This document shows, one piece after another, positions 25,584 to 35,526 of a DNA stretch of 64,000 bases. The stretch lies in assembly GCA_045650505.1 (NCBI GenBank), contig JAZRRE010000010.1, forward strand, positions 15,258-79,257. The letters are read 5' to 3'. The DNA is from Clostridia bacterium. Lineage in GTDB: Bacteria > Bacillota > Clostridia > Christensenellales > UBA1242. Position 1 is the stretch's first letter. Each line of letters starts with the position of its first letter. The notes beneath the pieces are model-generated. The model worked only from the letters and a program-made list of their open reading frames with translations, ran no database searches and was not told where the DNA came from. The translations under genes and the position numbers were made by a program.

Positions 25584-26219
25584 ATGTATAATCAAATTTA
25601 TATTATGAAAAATGTAAGAATTAAATTAATTAAAGAAGAACACAGACCGATTGTTTTTGAATTGCTTTCAAAGCTTAAAGAACATTCAGATGAAAGTTTT
25701 AAGCATAGCATTGATGTTGCAGATAAATCGCTTGCACTTGCAAGGGTTCTTGGCATTAAAGGTGTTCATTTAGAAAGGTTATATGTTGCAAGTTTGCTTC
25801 ACGATATTGGAAAAACTTGTGTTGATAGGGAAATTTTGCATAAAGAAAATGCAAACGAAGAAGAAAGAGAATATATTAGAGTGGTTCACATTGAAGGAAC
25901 AAGGGCTATTTTAAGTGAATATTTTGATAAAGAACTTGTTGACCTTGCTGCTCATCATCATGAAAGACTCAATAGTTCAGGTTATCCAATGCACTTAAAT
26001 GCAAACAAACTTGGTCTTTTAGATAGAGTTTTGCAGGTTGCCGATGTTACAAGTGCTCTTGAAATGAGCAGATGTTATAAAGATGCATATGCTCCAGAGC
26101 AAGTGATTGAAATTCTTGATAAACTTGTTAGTCGTGGAGAACTTGACAAGAGATGTGTTTTAGAAATTGAAAGGCTTTTTTTAAAACCGATTCGTGATAA
26201 ATCACAAATGATATCATAA
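25584..26219 (+). CDS. HD-GYP-type HD-domain phosphohydrolase (stand-alone)
   Basis: The motifs are HSIDVA, LLHDIGKT and HHHERLNSSGYP. The exact start is uncertain (ATG 25584 or 25605). Confidence 0.75.
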   Translation: MYNQIYIMKNVRIKLIKEEHRPIVFELLSKLKEHSDESFKHSIDVADKSLALARVLGIKGVHLERLYVASLLHDIGKTCVDREILHKENANEEEREYIRVVHIEGTRAILSEYFDKELVDLAAHHHERLNSSGYPMHLNANKLGLLDRVLQVADVTSALEMSRCYKDAYAPEQVIEILDKLVSRGELDKRCVLEIERLFLKPIRDKSQMIS

Positions 26220-26429
26220 AAACACAGGTACTTGCCTGTGTTTTTTGTTGCAAGAATTCAGTTGAATAATAAAATTTTGTTTTAAATAAAAATATCTTGG
26301 TTAAAAGAAGGTTTTTTTTGTGAAAAAAGTGAAAATTGGGTGAATTTTAAACACCAATTAAATTGACTTTAAAGGCAATTATGTATAAACTTATATATGA
26401 TATATTAAATATTTGTAAAAAGGTGAAAA

Positions 26430-28121
26430 ATGGAAGTCAACCAAAGAAAGCAAGTTCTCAAAAAGAGAATTTTGCCTACAACTTTAATTTCTTTAATCAT
26501 TCCTATTATGTTATGCATCTGCATACCATTTGAAATATATGCAAATAACTCACAAGAATTTTTATTTTCAATGGCAGACTTTATGCCAATTTGCATACTT
26601 TATGGTGTTGTTTTAGCGTTAATATTATTCTTTTCAATTTTTTTCTTACCAAATAGAGCATACAAGATTGTTAGTGCAGTAATTATTTCAATTGCTTTAA
26701 TGTTCTTTGTTCAAAGTTTATATTTGAATGCGGGGCTTAAATCTTTAGTAGGTGATACACTTGAAACAACAAAAACACCAATTGGTAAAAAGATTTTTAA
26801 CCTTATTATTTGGTTAGTTATTATTGCCGGTGCTGTTGTTTTATCAATTTTGAAAGACAAAAAAGGATATATTTCAATTGTTGGAGTTATTCTTTCAGTT
26901 GTTGTAATTATCACACAAGTGATGACACCGGTTACATTGATGATTTCAAAACCCGATGTTATGAAGTCTAAAATTCAAAGTGAAAATGATTCATTTACCA
27001 ATTTTGGAATTTTATCTAATAGGAATTTAACCAACATATCTACAAGTAATAATATTTTTTATTTTTGTATAGATAAATTTGATGGCAGGTTTGCTGAAGA
27101 AACTTATGAAAACAAGCCAGAAGTGTTTAGTGAACTCACAGGCTTTACCTGGTTTAAAGATAATGTTTCAAGATATAGTCATACTTATCCATCTGTTCCA
27201 AGTATGCTTACAAATGTTGCTTATGATGCTGAAAAATCAAGAGTTGAGAATTTATCAAGCATTTACAATGAAGCAAATACATTTAAAGATTTAAATGAAA
27301 ATGGATATGATATCAATATTTACACTGAAAATTATTATGTTTATGAAAAAGCAGAACATTTTCCAGAATTCGTTGATAATATTTCATTGAAAACAAAGTA
27401 TAACATTACTAATAAGTTTGCCCTTGCGTTTAGATTAGTTCAAATGGCTCTTTATAGAGTGGTTCCTTTATTTTTGAAAAATCTTACAGGTGGAATAACA
27501 TCTAACACTTGCAATAGATATATAAGAATTGTTGATACAGAAAATAATGAACAATGTTCAGTTGACACAAATTCTGTTTATGAAACTGTTAAAGAAATGG
27601 GTTTCAAAAAGACTGATAACAAACAATTTTCTTATATTCAAACTTGGGGTTGTCACGATGTTGAACCTAATATGGTTGAAGTTATCCCAACAGTTGAAAA
27701 GAATTTTAAAATCATTAATGAATATATTAAAGCAATGAAAGAGTTTGGTGTTTATGAAGATGCGACAATTATCATTACAGGCGACCACTCAACTGCTTAT
27801 GATGGATATCGTCAAACAACAGCATTAATGGTTAAACCATCAGGCTCAAGCAGTGGGGCAATGACAGTTTCAATGGCTCAAACATCACATGATAATATTT
27901 GGGCAACCATTATGAAATCTGAAAACATCACAACCACTAATGATTATGGAAAATCGGTTTTTGAAATCGTTGAAGGTGAAAACCAAACAAGATATTATTC
28001 TTGGCATACTTGGGGTGAACTTTTGGTTGAATATAACTACACAATCACAGGCCCAGCAAGAGACCTTGCAAATTGGACTCTTACTTCAACAAGAGAATTT
28101 GATAAAACTTTAATGGATTAA
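26430..28121 (+). CDS. Polytopic membrane protein with an extracytoplasmic sulfatase-fold (LtaS / phosphotransferase-like) domain
   Basis: It has about 5 N-terminal TM helices. The soluble domain carries YSHTYPSVPSM and ITGDHS motifs typical of the alkaline-phosphatase superfamily. Confidence 0.6.
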   Translation: MEVNQRKQVLKKRILPTTLISLIIPIMLCICIPFEIYANNSQEFLFSMADFMPICILYGVVLALILFFSIFFLPNRAYKIVSAVIISIALMFFVQSLYLNAGLKSLVGDTLETTKTPIGKKIFNLIIWLVIIAGAVVLSILKDKKGYISIVGVILSVVVIITQVMTPVTLMISKPDVMKSKIQSENDSFTNFGILSNRNLTNISTSNNIFYFCIDKFDGRFAEETYENKPEVFSELTGFTWFKDNVSRYSHTYPSVPSMLTNVAYDAEKSRVENLSSIYNEANTFKDLNENGYDINIYTENYYVYEKAEHFPEFVDNISLKTKYNITNKFALAFRLVQMALYRVVPLFLKNLTGGITSNTCNRYIRIVDTENNEQCSVDTNSVYETVKEMGFKKTDNKQFSYIQTWGCHDVEPNMVEVIPTVEKNFKIINEYIKAMKEFGVYEDATIIITGDHSTAYDGYRQTTALMVKPSGSSSGAMTVSMAQTSHDNIWATIMKSENITTTNDYGKSVFEIVEGENQTRYYSWHTWGELLVEYNYTITGPARDLANWTLTSTREFDKTLMD

Positions 28122-28143
28122 CAAAGGAGAAATTTACTTACTT

Positions 28144-30249
28144 ATGGATACTATAATTTATTATATTTGCATTCCACTTGGATACTTAATGAAGTGGAGC
28201 TATATGCTTCTTAAAAACTATGGTTTGGCAATAATTTTATTCACTCTTGCAACCAAAGTTATTTTGCTTCCAATTTCTATTTGGATTCAAAAAAATTCAA
28301 TTTTAATGGTTAAAATTCAACCACAAGTAAACTTTATAAAAGCAAATTTGAGCGGAAATATTGATGCTATTGCGGAAGAACAATCTAAACTTTTCAAGAA
28401 AGAAAAGTATCACCCAATGGCTTCACTTGTTCCACTTATCTTGCAACTTGTTTTGCTTCTTGGTGTTGTTTATATCATTAACCACCCATTGAACTATTTA
28501 TTTGCAGTTTCTGATGAAGTTGTGACATCAATGGCAAACTTCATTGGTGCAAATATGGAAGATTCATCTTTCCAATTATCAATTGTTGAAGCAATTAAAA
28601 ATGGAACAATAACAGCGTCATCTGCAATTGAAGGTGTGACAAGTGCAGAACTTGCTTCAATTGTTGAGAAGGTGAGTGATTTTAGATTAAGTTTTTGTGG
28701 AATGAATTTAACAACAATTCCAGCTGATGTTTGGGGTTGGTATATTTTAGTTCCAATTTTAGCAGGTGCTTCATCTTGGGTTATGTGTTGGACACAAAAT
28801 ATGTCAAACGTTATTCAACACGAACAAGGCAAGCTTAATCAATATGGAATTATGATTTTGAGTGTTGCTCTTTCACTTTATTTAGGAATTTTTGTTCCTG
28901 CTGGAACAGCACTTTATTGGATTGCTAGCAACTTGATGTCTATTGCACTTATGTATATTTTAAATGCTGCAATTAATCCTAAAAAATATGTTGATTATGA
29001 AGCATTAGAGCAAAGTCGAAAAGCACTTGCAGATTCAAAAGCTTATGGTGCAATTGATAAAAAAGACCCACTTTACAAACAAATGAAGAAGAGGGAAAAG
29101 GCAGACTATAAAAAGTTTAAACATATTGCTAACAAACATATTGTAATTTATTCAGAAAAGAGTGGTTTTTATAAATATTATAAAGAACTTATCGAAGAAT
29201 TGCTTAAAAAATCAAACCTTGTGATTCATTATGTTACAAACGATTATAACGATAAGATTTTTGAACTTGCTGAAAAAGAACCAAGAATTAAACCATATTA
29301 TATCGGTTTGAAGAAAATGACTATTTTAATGATGCTTGTTGAAACTGATATCTTTATTATGACAACACCTGATTTAGATAAGTATTATTTAAAGCGTTCA
29401 TTTATTAAAAAAGATATTGAATATATTTATGTTCCACACGATTCAATGAGTGTGCATATGGGATTCAATGAAGGTGCTCTTGATGCATTTGACACAATCT
29501 TTTGTTCAGGTGAACACGTTAAAACAGAAGTTTTGGCAACAGAAAAGGTTTATAATTTAAAGAGCAAGAAGCTTGTTGAATTTGGTTTCCCACTTTTAGA
29601 TAATTTGGTTAAATCTGTTAAAGAGGAAAATAAGGATAAAAAATCTGGAAGCAAGAAAGAAATCTTGATTGCTCCTTCTTGGCAAGAAGATAACTTGCTT
29701 GACTCTTGCATTGATGGCTTGATTGAAAAACTTTATTCGAAAGATTATCACATCACAGTTAGACCTCACCCTGAATACGTTAAGAGATATCAATATAAGT
29801 TAAATCAACTTATTGAAAAGTATAAAGACTATGATGAAAAGCTTTTAACATTTGAATTAGATTTTTCAAGCAATAAATCAATTTATTCATCAGATTTGCT
29901 AATTACTGATTGGTCAGGTATTTCTGCTGAATTTGCATTTGCAACCGGAAATCCTGTTGTATTTATCAATACAAAGATGAAAGTTTGCAATCAAAATTGG
30001 CAAAAAATTGAAATCACTCCAATTGAAATTAAATTAAGAAATATTATTGGTGTGAATGTTGACAAAGAGGATGTTGTTAAAATTGATGAAACAATAAAGA
30101 ACTTATTTAAAGATAAGAAAGAATACAAAAAGAAGATTGAGGAATATTTTGAAACCTTTACATATAATCACGGCACCGCTGCAGAGAAGGGAGCTAAATA
30201 TATTCTTCAATCATTGATTGAAAAAAAGAAAAACAAAAAGGAGAACTAA
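28144..30249 (+). CDS. Fusion of a YidC/Oxa1-family insertase domain (N) with a TagB/TagF-like CDP-glycerol glycerophosphotransferase domain (C)
   Basis: The N-terminal part reads YGLAIILFTLATKVILLPISIWIQKNS...KIQPQ...PAGTALYWIASNLMSI, as in YidC. The C-terminal part reads ILIAPSWQED...ITVRPHP...LITDWSGISAEFAFATGNPVVFIN, as in the Glyphos_transf family. Confidence 0.65.
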   Translation: MDTIIYYICIPLGYLMKWSYMLLKNYGLAIILFTLATKVILLPISIWIQKNSILMVKIQPQVNFIKANLSGNIDAIAEEQSKLFKKEKYHPMASLVPLILQLVLLLGVVYIINHPLNYLFAVSDEVVTSMANFIGANMEDSSFQLSIVEAIKNGTITASSAIEGVTSAELASIVEKVSDFRLSFCGMNLTTIPADVWGWYILVPILAGASSWVMCWTQNMSNVIQHEQGKLNQYGIMILSVALSLYLGIFVPAGTALYWIASNLMSIALMYILNAAINPKKYVDYEALEQSRKALADSKAYGAIDKKDPLYKQMKKREKADYKKFKHIANKHIVIYSEKSGFYKYYKELIEELLKKSNLVIHYVTNDYNDKIFELAEKEPRIKPYYIGLKKMTILMMLVETDIFIMTTPDLDKYYLKRSFIKKDIEYIYVPHDSMSVHMGFNEGALDAFDTIFCSGEHVKTEVLATEKVYNLKSKKLVEFGFPLLDNLVKSVKEENKDKKSGSKKEILIAPSWQEDNLLDSCIDGLIEKLYSKDYHITVRPHPEYVKRYQYKLNQLIEKYKDYDEKLLTFELDFSSNKSIYSSDLLITDWSGISAEFAFATGNPVVFINTKMKVCNQNWQKIEITPIEIKLRNIIGVNVDKEDVVKIDETIKNLFKDKKEYKKKIEEYFETFTYNHGTAAEKGAKYILQSLIEKKKNKKEN

Positions 30250-30250
30250 A

Positions 30251-30601
30251 ATGAGTATTTTAAGTGGTATTCAAGAAGCATCAAGAATGCTTTACATTGA
30301 CCCAGCTGCAACATCTGTATTATTATCTTCAATCACTGCAATTGTTGTCGCTATTGGTGCATCAGTTATTATTTTCTGGAGAAAATTCAAGAAAAAAGTT
30401 GGAAAAACTTTACACCTTGACCCAAATGCTGGAAAAGAAATTGAAGATGAATTAGTTGTTACTGATGCTGAAATTGTTGAAGAAACAGAAGAAGTTGCTG
30501 AAACAGAAGTTAAAGCTGAAGAAACAACTGATGTTGTTGAAACAGAAGTTAAAACTGAAGAAACAACTGAAACAGAAGAAACAAAAAAAGAAGATAAATA
30601 A
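30251..30601 (+). CDS. Small single-TM protein with an acidic repeat tail
   Basis: The start is moved to ATG 30251 (SD AAGGAG). The TM is SVLLSSITAIVVAIGASVIIFW. The tail reads ETEVKAEETTDVVETEVKTEETTETEE. Confidence 0.55.
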   Translation: MSILSGIQEASRMLYIDPAATSVLLSSITAIVVAIGASVIIFWRKFKKKVGKTLHLDPNAGKEIEDELVVTDAEIVEETEEVAETEVKAEETTDVVETEVKTEETTETEETKKEDK

Positions 30602-30765
30602 GGAAATTAAAAAGAAAGAAACAATTGTTTCTTTCTTTTTGTTTAAATTAATGCTTAATAATAAAAATTTAAGGTTAAATGATATAAATTATGAAAATAT
30701 AATGTTTTATGATTTGACAATAGTAAAAATTTTTAAGTATATTATATCTAGTAGGAGGGAATTTT

Positions 30766-31140
30766 ATGGCACAACCACAAGCTGCGTTAAAAAATGTTTA
30801 TGAAGAATTACAATCCGCTAGGAATGTTTTAGCTTGTTTTGAAGGTCTTGAAGGAAAGTCAAAAGAAGAAATTGTTGCTGAAATTCAAAATGTTGTTGGA
30901 GATTTAGAAGTTGTTTTCGCACCAAAGAGAAAAGGTAGTGGAGATTATGGTTTAGAATCAACAAGCGGTTGGGGGCTTCAATCTGATATGGCAAGTGCTT
31001 ATTTAAGACAAGCAACAGAAGAATTAAATAAAGCAAGAAAAAAAATTAAAGAATATAAAAATCAATATAGAATGCAAATTTTCCAAGCAAAAAGAAATAG
31101 TAAAAAAGAACATGGTTTAGAGCAACCAAGTAATGGTTAA
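30766..31140 (+). CDS. Hypothetical protein (124 aa)
   Basis: ORF with SD AGGAGGG. No motif recognised. Confidence 0.5.
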   Translation: MAQPQAALKNVYEELQSARNVLACFEGLEGKSKEEIVAEIQNVVGDLEVVFAPKRKGSGDYGLESTSGWGLQSDMASAYLRQATEELNKARKKIKEYKNQYRMQIFQAKRNSKKEHGLEQPSNG

Positions 31141-31174
31141 AAAAACAGCCAACTCAAATAGAGTCGGCTGTTTT

Positions 31175-31783
31175 TTAATTTTCCATTTCTTTATCATTAA
31201 GGTCAGCGGCTTTTGCTTCTGCTCGTTTTTGTCTTTTTTCTTCAATATCCATTTCGCGTAATCTGTATTTTGCTAGAATTAAAGATGAAATAAGAACTGA
31301 ACTTAATGATGCTATTGAAAGACCAGAATAAACTTTATTAATTTTTTCAATGTCATCGGCGTATTCATCGTATTTTGAAATAGTTTCTTGAACGTGTTTA
31401 TCATCTTCTAAACTTCTTAAAAATTCTTCAAAAGTTTTATTGTTTTTTGTGGTATCAATTATATGTTGATATTCATCAGCGGTAATTTCTCCACGTGTGA
31501 GTTTATCGATGGCATTTTTTTGAATTTCAGAAACATAATCTTTATAAGCATCTGAATCTTGATAACCTGAAAGTTCATCTGCAAGAGGTTGTTTGATTGG
31601 AATTTTATTCATTTGATGTTGGGCAAATAAGCCATTAAAAAGGTAAATTGCAGCGGCAATGGCATAGATTGTCCAAGCAAAATTAATAGGCTTTTTGCAA
31701 GCTTGATATTTTCTTTCTTCTTCGGCAAGTTCTTCAGGTGTAAGTTCAAATTTTTCAGGTTCTTGCTTTTTATTTTTTTTCAT
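31175..31783 (-). CDS. Hypothetical membrane protein (two TM helices)
   Basis: INFAWTIYAIAAAIYLFNGLF and LSIASLSSVLISSLILA. Confidence 0.55.
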   Translation of the reverse strand: MKKNKKQEPEKFELTPEELAEEERKYQACKKPINFAWTIYAIAAAIYLFNGLFAQHQMNKIPIKQPLADELSGYQDSDAYKDYVSEIQKNAIDKLTRGEITADEYQHIIDTTKNNKTFEEFLRSLEDDKHVQETISKYDEYADDIEKINKVYSGLSIASLSSVLISSLILAKYRLREMDIEEKRQKRAEAKAADLNDKEMEN

Positions 31784-31923
31784 AATTTCACTCCACTAAA
31801 ATTATTATAACATATATTTTTAATTTTTCAAGAGGGATAAAATTGTAATATATTTAACAATCCTTGATTTATATTTAATTATGTTTATAATTTACATTAT
31901 AAATATAATTATAGGAGAATTTT

Positions 31924-32463
31924 ATGTTTGTTATTTGGGGTGTTGGAAGTCGAAGAAATTATACTAATGTATTTATAAAAGAAACTTGTGATAGATGTGG
32001 AAATACTAATGATATCAATATTATCACTGATTATAAGTGTGGGACAATTTTCTTTATTCCGATTTTCAAGTTTGGCAGAAAATATTATGAAGTTTGTCCA
32101 AATTGTGGAGCGTTTAAAGAAATTAGCAAAAGAGAATTTAAAGAAATTAAAGCAGCAAACAGAAGTGGCTTGATTTATGAAGCAAAAGATGTTGTTGTAA
32201 CAAGTGAACCTATTAAAGCAATAGAAAGTGCTGAAAATATTACAACTGTTGAAATTAAAGAAGCTGCAGAAGTTAAAGAAAACAAAGAAGATGTAACAAA
32301 AGAAATTAATAATATTATTAAGAAGTTAAAAGAAAAAAATTATGTTTTAACAGCTGATAAATTAGATAAGTTTAAACAAGTTTTAAAAGGACAGCTTATG
32401 AAAAAGTTTACAAATGAAAAGGTTGTTGAAGAAGCAATTGCCGATTATTTTAAAAATGTATAA
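31924..32463 (+). CDS. Zinc-ribbon domain protein
   Basis: CDRCGN...CPNCG four-Cys ribbon with an embedded hydrophobic segment and a charged helical tail. Confidence 0.55.
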   Translation: MFVIWGVGSRRNYTNVFIKETCDRCGNTNDINIITDYKCGTIFFIPIFKFGRKYYEVCPNCGAFKEISKREFKEIKAANRSGLIYEAKDVVVTSEPIKAIESAENITTVEIKEAAEVKENKEDVTKEINNIIKKLKEKNYVLTADKLDKFKQVLKGQLMKKFTNEKVVEEAIADYFKNV

Positions 32464-32491
32464 AAAAAGACCACAAATTGTGGTCTTTTTT

Positions 32492-33247
32492 TTATGATTG
32501 CTTTAGCCATATTATGTTTGTTACATAAAAGATTTCGCAAGCACCATCACCGTGGTCAGTGCGTGTTAAACTTGAATTCCAATCAGCGTATCCGTATTCA
32601 AAGTGAACATAAACTAAATAGCCTTCAATTTTAATGTATTGTCCTTCTTTTACATTTCGAATTAGCTTTAAAACACGATTGTTGGCATGAATTAGGTGAT
32701 TGTTTGAAATTGAGTTTACGATGGCTTCTCGGCTGCCAAGTTTTTCATTTAATGTGACAGGATATTCATAGTGCAAGAATCTTCTTCCATCATTTCTAAA
32801 TTTAATTTGACTAATATTTTCTTCATTTGCAACTTCGCCCCAAGCCATTCCAAAATCATAGCGAGAAATTTTGTTTGGTGTGTTGTGTGGAAAATAATAG
32901 TGTTTCTTAACAACGCGGCCCACAAGTGTATAATTTGCCTTAACGGTGTATGTTATGGTGCAGTCATCAACTTCGTGCGTTAAGATATTTGCAGATTCTA
33001 TTTGAATCGGTTCTGGAAGGTTTAATAGGCTAGCAATATATTCGTAATCTTTTTTAACAGCAAAAAGACTCAAAATGTATGACCCGAAAGCTATTATCAC
33101 CACCATAAGCAAGCTGATGATAGCAATAATCTGTTTTTTGCGTTTTGACATTTTTTTAGCTTCAGGTGAAAAGACTTCATTTATTTGAGTTTCATCAATT
33201 ATCTCATTATTTGTTTTATTTTTTCTTCTAAATAAGTTAAAAGCCAT
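32492..33247 (-). CDS. Single-pass membrane-anchored hypothetical protein
   Basis: N-terminal TM IIAIISLLMVVIIAFGSYILSLF, then a ~180-aa soluble domain. Confidence 0.55.
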   Translation of the reverse strand: MAFNLFRRKNKTNNEIIDETQINEVFSPEAKKMSKRKKQIIAIISLLMVVIIAFGSYILSLFAVKKDYEYIASLLNLPEPIQIESANILTHEVDDCTITYTVKANYTLVGRVVKKHYYFPHNTPNKISRYDFGMAWGEVANEENISQIKFRNDGRRFLHYEYPVTLNEKLGSREAIVNSISNNHLIHANNRVLKLIRNVKEGQYIKIEGYLVYVHFEYGYADWNSSLTRTDHGDGACEIFYVTNIIWLKQS

Positions 33248-33392
33248 TAATTTCCTCTTGGTGTAATTATAAGAATAAATAAATTATAATGTCAAATAAA
33301 ATCGAAATGTAGGAAATTAATATTATTTAACAATTAAATTTTGTGTTGATAAAAAATTATATCTATGATAAACTTTTGGTGTAGGAGAGATT

Positions 33393-34301
33393 ATGTCGCA
33401 AAAAAACTTTAAAAAAGATGGTGTGCTTTATGATTCAAAGGGTGCAATTGTTTCAAATTTGCATGCAGAAGAAAATAAAAACTTTGCAGTTATTGCAAGA
33501 TGCGGCCATTGTGGTAGGGGTTATTATATTCCTGTGTTATTTTCAGTTTATTGCAAGGATATATATGCAGCAATAGAAAGAGTTAAAGCAATTCCAAGAG
33601 TTAAAAGAGACCAAAAAGATGTTATTATTGATGCGTTTGAAATAACTCAACTTGAAGACCATCTTATCAATTCCATAAGTGATAGGGATTCTTTTTTAAA
33701 GGGATTTTATGATAAAGATTCTCCAGAAATTCAAGCACGCAGATTAATGATTAGTTCAAGAGTTGAAGATGTTTTTAATGAAAATATTGATATTCCAGAA
33801 ACTGAATTAAAAGAAATGATAAAGACAGCTGATACTTTTGATGAAACCTTTGTGCTTCAAAGACAGTTTGCTCCAATAATTCAGGGAAATCGAATTACTT
33901 ATTCAAGTCGTTATGATAGAAAACAATTAATAGAAGATTATTTTACACAGGCTGTTTTAAGACATGGTGTTAGAAAGGCAAATGTTTATTTTATGTCTAT
34001 GTATTATCAAATTTATGGAAAAAACAACAAACTTGGATTAGTGTTTGATAATGGTTGGTTTGTTTTTAGAGGAAAAGATGGAAAACTTCATTCATATGCG
34101 GTTGATGATGTGTATTATCAAAAGCTTGTAGAATCAGGTGTTTTCGAAAGAGATAAAATAGTTGAAGAGGAAAAACCATTATTTGAAAATGGACAGACAA
34201 AACAAGTTTCGGCAATTGATAGATTTAATAGAAGAATGTCTAGATATAATGAAAAGAGAAATAATGATTTAAAAGAAAAACAACCAGGTGAAGAATGTTA
34301 A
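33393..34301 (+). CDS. Hypothetical protein (302 aa)
   Basis: ORF with SD AGGAGAG. A CGHCGRG motif lies near the N-terminus. No family recognised. Confidence 0.55.
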   Translation: MSQKNFKKDGVLYDSKGAIVSNLHAEENKNFAVIARCGHCGRGYYIPVLFSVYCKDIYAAIERVKAIPRVKRDQKDVIIDAFEITQLEDHLINSISDRDSFLKGFYDKDSPEIQARRLMISSRVEDVFNENIDIPETELKEMIKTADTFDETFVLQRQFAPIIQGNRITYSSRYDRKQLIEDYFTQAVLRHGVRKANVYFMSMYYQIYGKNNKLGLVFDNGWFVFRGKDGKLHSYAVDDVYYQKLVESGVFERDKIVEEEKPLFENGQTKQVSAIDRFNRRMSRYNEKRNNDLKEKQPGEEC

Positions 34302-34352
34302 AACAAAAAAAGACTAACTTAAATGTTAGTCTTTTTTATTTTTAATTTATTT

Positions 34353-35306
34353 TTAGTCTTTAGTTTTAAGGCTTGCCCATAAGTTTGATGGGTATTCACC
34401 TTTGTTAACAAGATTTTTAAGAGCTGCAACAACTTTATCTTTGTCTTCTTTATAAGTCATTCCATACCAAGTTGCTGTTGTTGGGTGCATTTCAATTGAG
34501 ATGCTTCCATCAAGAATAAACTCTGTGAGTGTTTGAGAAAGAATTAACTCTGCTTTTGCGAGGTTGTCTTTTTCATTTTCTAAAAAGTTGTCAAATGAAG
34601 TTTGCAATTTTTCAGTGAAGTCTTTTTTGAAACTGAACATATTCATTGATACAGGTGTGTCATTTGAAACTTCATAAGGTTTGATATCTGGGAAATCAAG
34701 TGGGGCAGCACGAAGAACTCCATCTTCATCTCTACCAATAACAGATTCAGCAATGCCTAAAAGTTTGCCATCATCGTTAACTGCGCAGATGCCACGTTTA
34801 ACTTTTCCATTTTCGCCAATTGTGTTTGCAGCCTCATAGCCGATAACTGCATAGTTATTAGCTCTTGAAGTTTGTGTTTGTTTTTCAATTTTCTTTTCTG
34901 CTTTCAAAAAGTCTGCTGCGGTTTTGAATGCATCATAACCATAGAAATCATCAGCGTTGATAACAACAAAGTCATCTTTAATTTCAGGAACCGCGCATAA
35001 AAGTGCGTGAGTTGTTCCAAGTGGTTTTTGTCTGTCTGCTGGAATGGTGTATTGAGCTGGAACGTTTGTGTTTTCTTGGAAAACATACGCAGTGTCAATA
35101 AATTGTTCAATTCTGCTTCCAACTGTTTTCTTGAAAAGGTCTAAATGTTCTCTTTTGATAATGAATACAACTCTGTCAAAACCACATTTAATTGCATCGA
35201 AAATAGAATAGTCAATAATAAAGTTTCCGTTTTCATCGATTGGTTCAGCTTGTTTGAGTCCGCCAAATCTTGAACCCATTCCGGCTGCTAAAATAACAAG
35301 ATCCAT
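34353..35306 (-). CDS. Sugar-phosphate nucleotidyltransferase family protein
   Basis: The N-terminal LVILAAGMGSRFGGLKQ matches the GxGxR nucleotide-binding signature. INADDFYG is also present. Confidence 0.75.
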   Translation of the reverse strand: MDLVILAAGMGSRFGGLKQAEPIDENGNFIIDYSIFDAIKCGFDRVVFIIKREHLDLFKKTVGSRIEQFIDTAYVFQENTNVPAQYTIPADRQKPLGTTHALLCAVPEIKDDFVVINADDFYGYDAFKTAADFLKAEKKIEKQTQTSRANNYAVIGYEAANTIGENGKVKRGICAVNDDGKLLGIAESVIGRDEDGVLRAAPLDFPDIKPYEVSNDTPVSMNMFSFKKDFTEKLQTSFDNFLENEKDNLAKAELILSQTLTEFILDGSISIEMHPTTATWYGMTYKEDKDKVVAALKNLVNKGEYPSNLWASLKTKD

Positions 35307-35526
35307 AAAAATTCCCCCTAAATTCGAGAAGTGTTATTTCTTCTCACTTATTACATTATATCATTATAAAAATTTAGTATCAAGATTAAATTTAAAATAA
35401 TTGTAGTTAAGTTATATAAAAAACGAATAGAACCTATAAATTTTGTTAAAGTTGTTGAGATTATATTAATAAAAAAGGTTTTACATTTACACTTTGATTT
35501 TCTATAATTAAAATAGAGAGGTGTTT

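Noticed and set aside
30456-30803. 115-aa ORF MLLMLKLLKKQKK... as a separate gene
   Set aside because: It is the +1 frame of the GAA/AAA-rich acidic tail of the 30251-30601 gene and then runs across its terminator hairpin. It is a compositional artefact.
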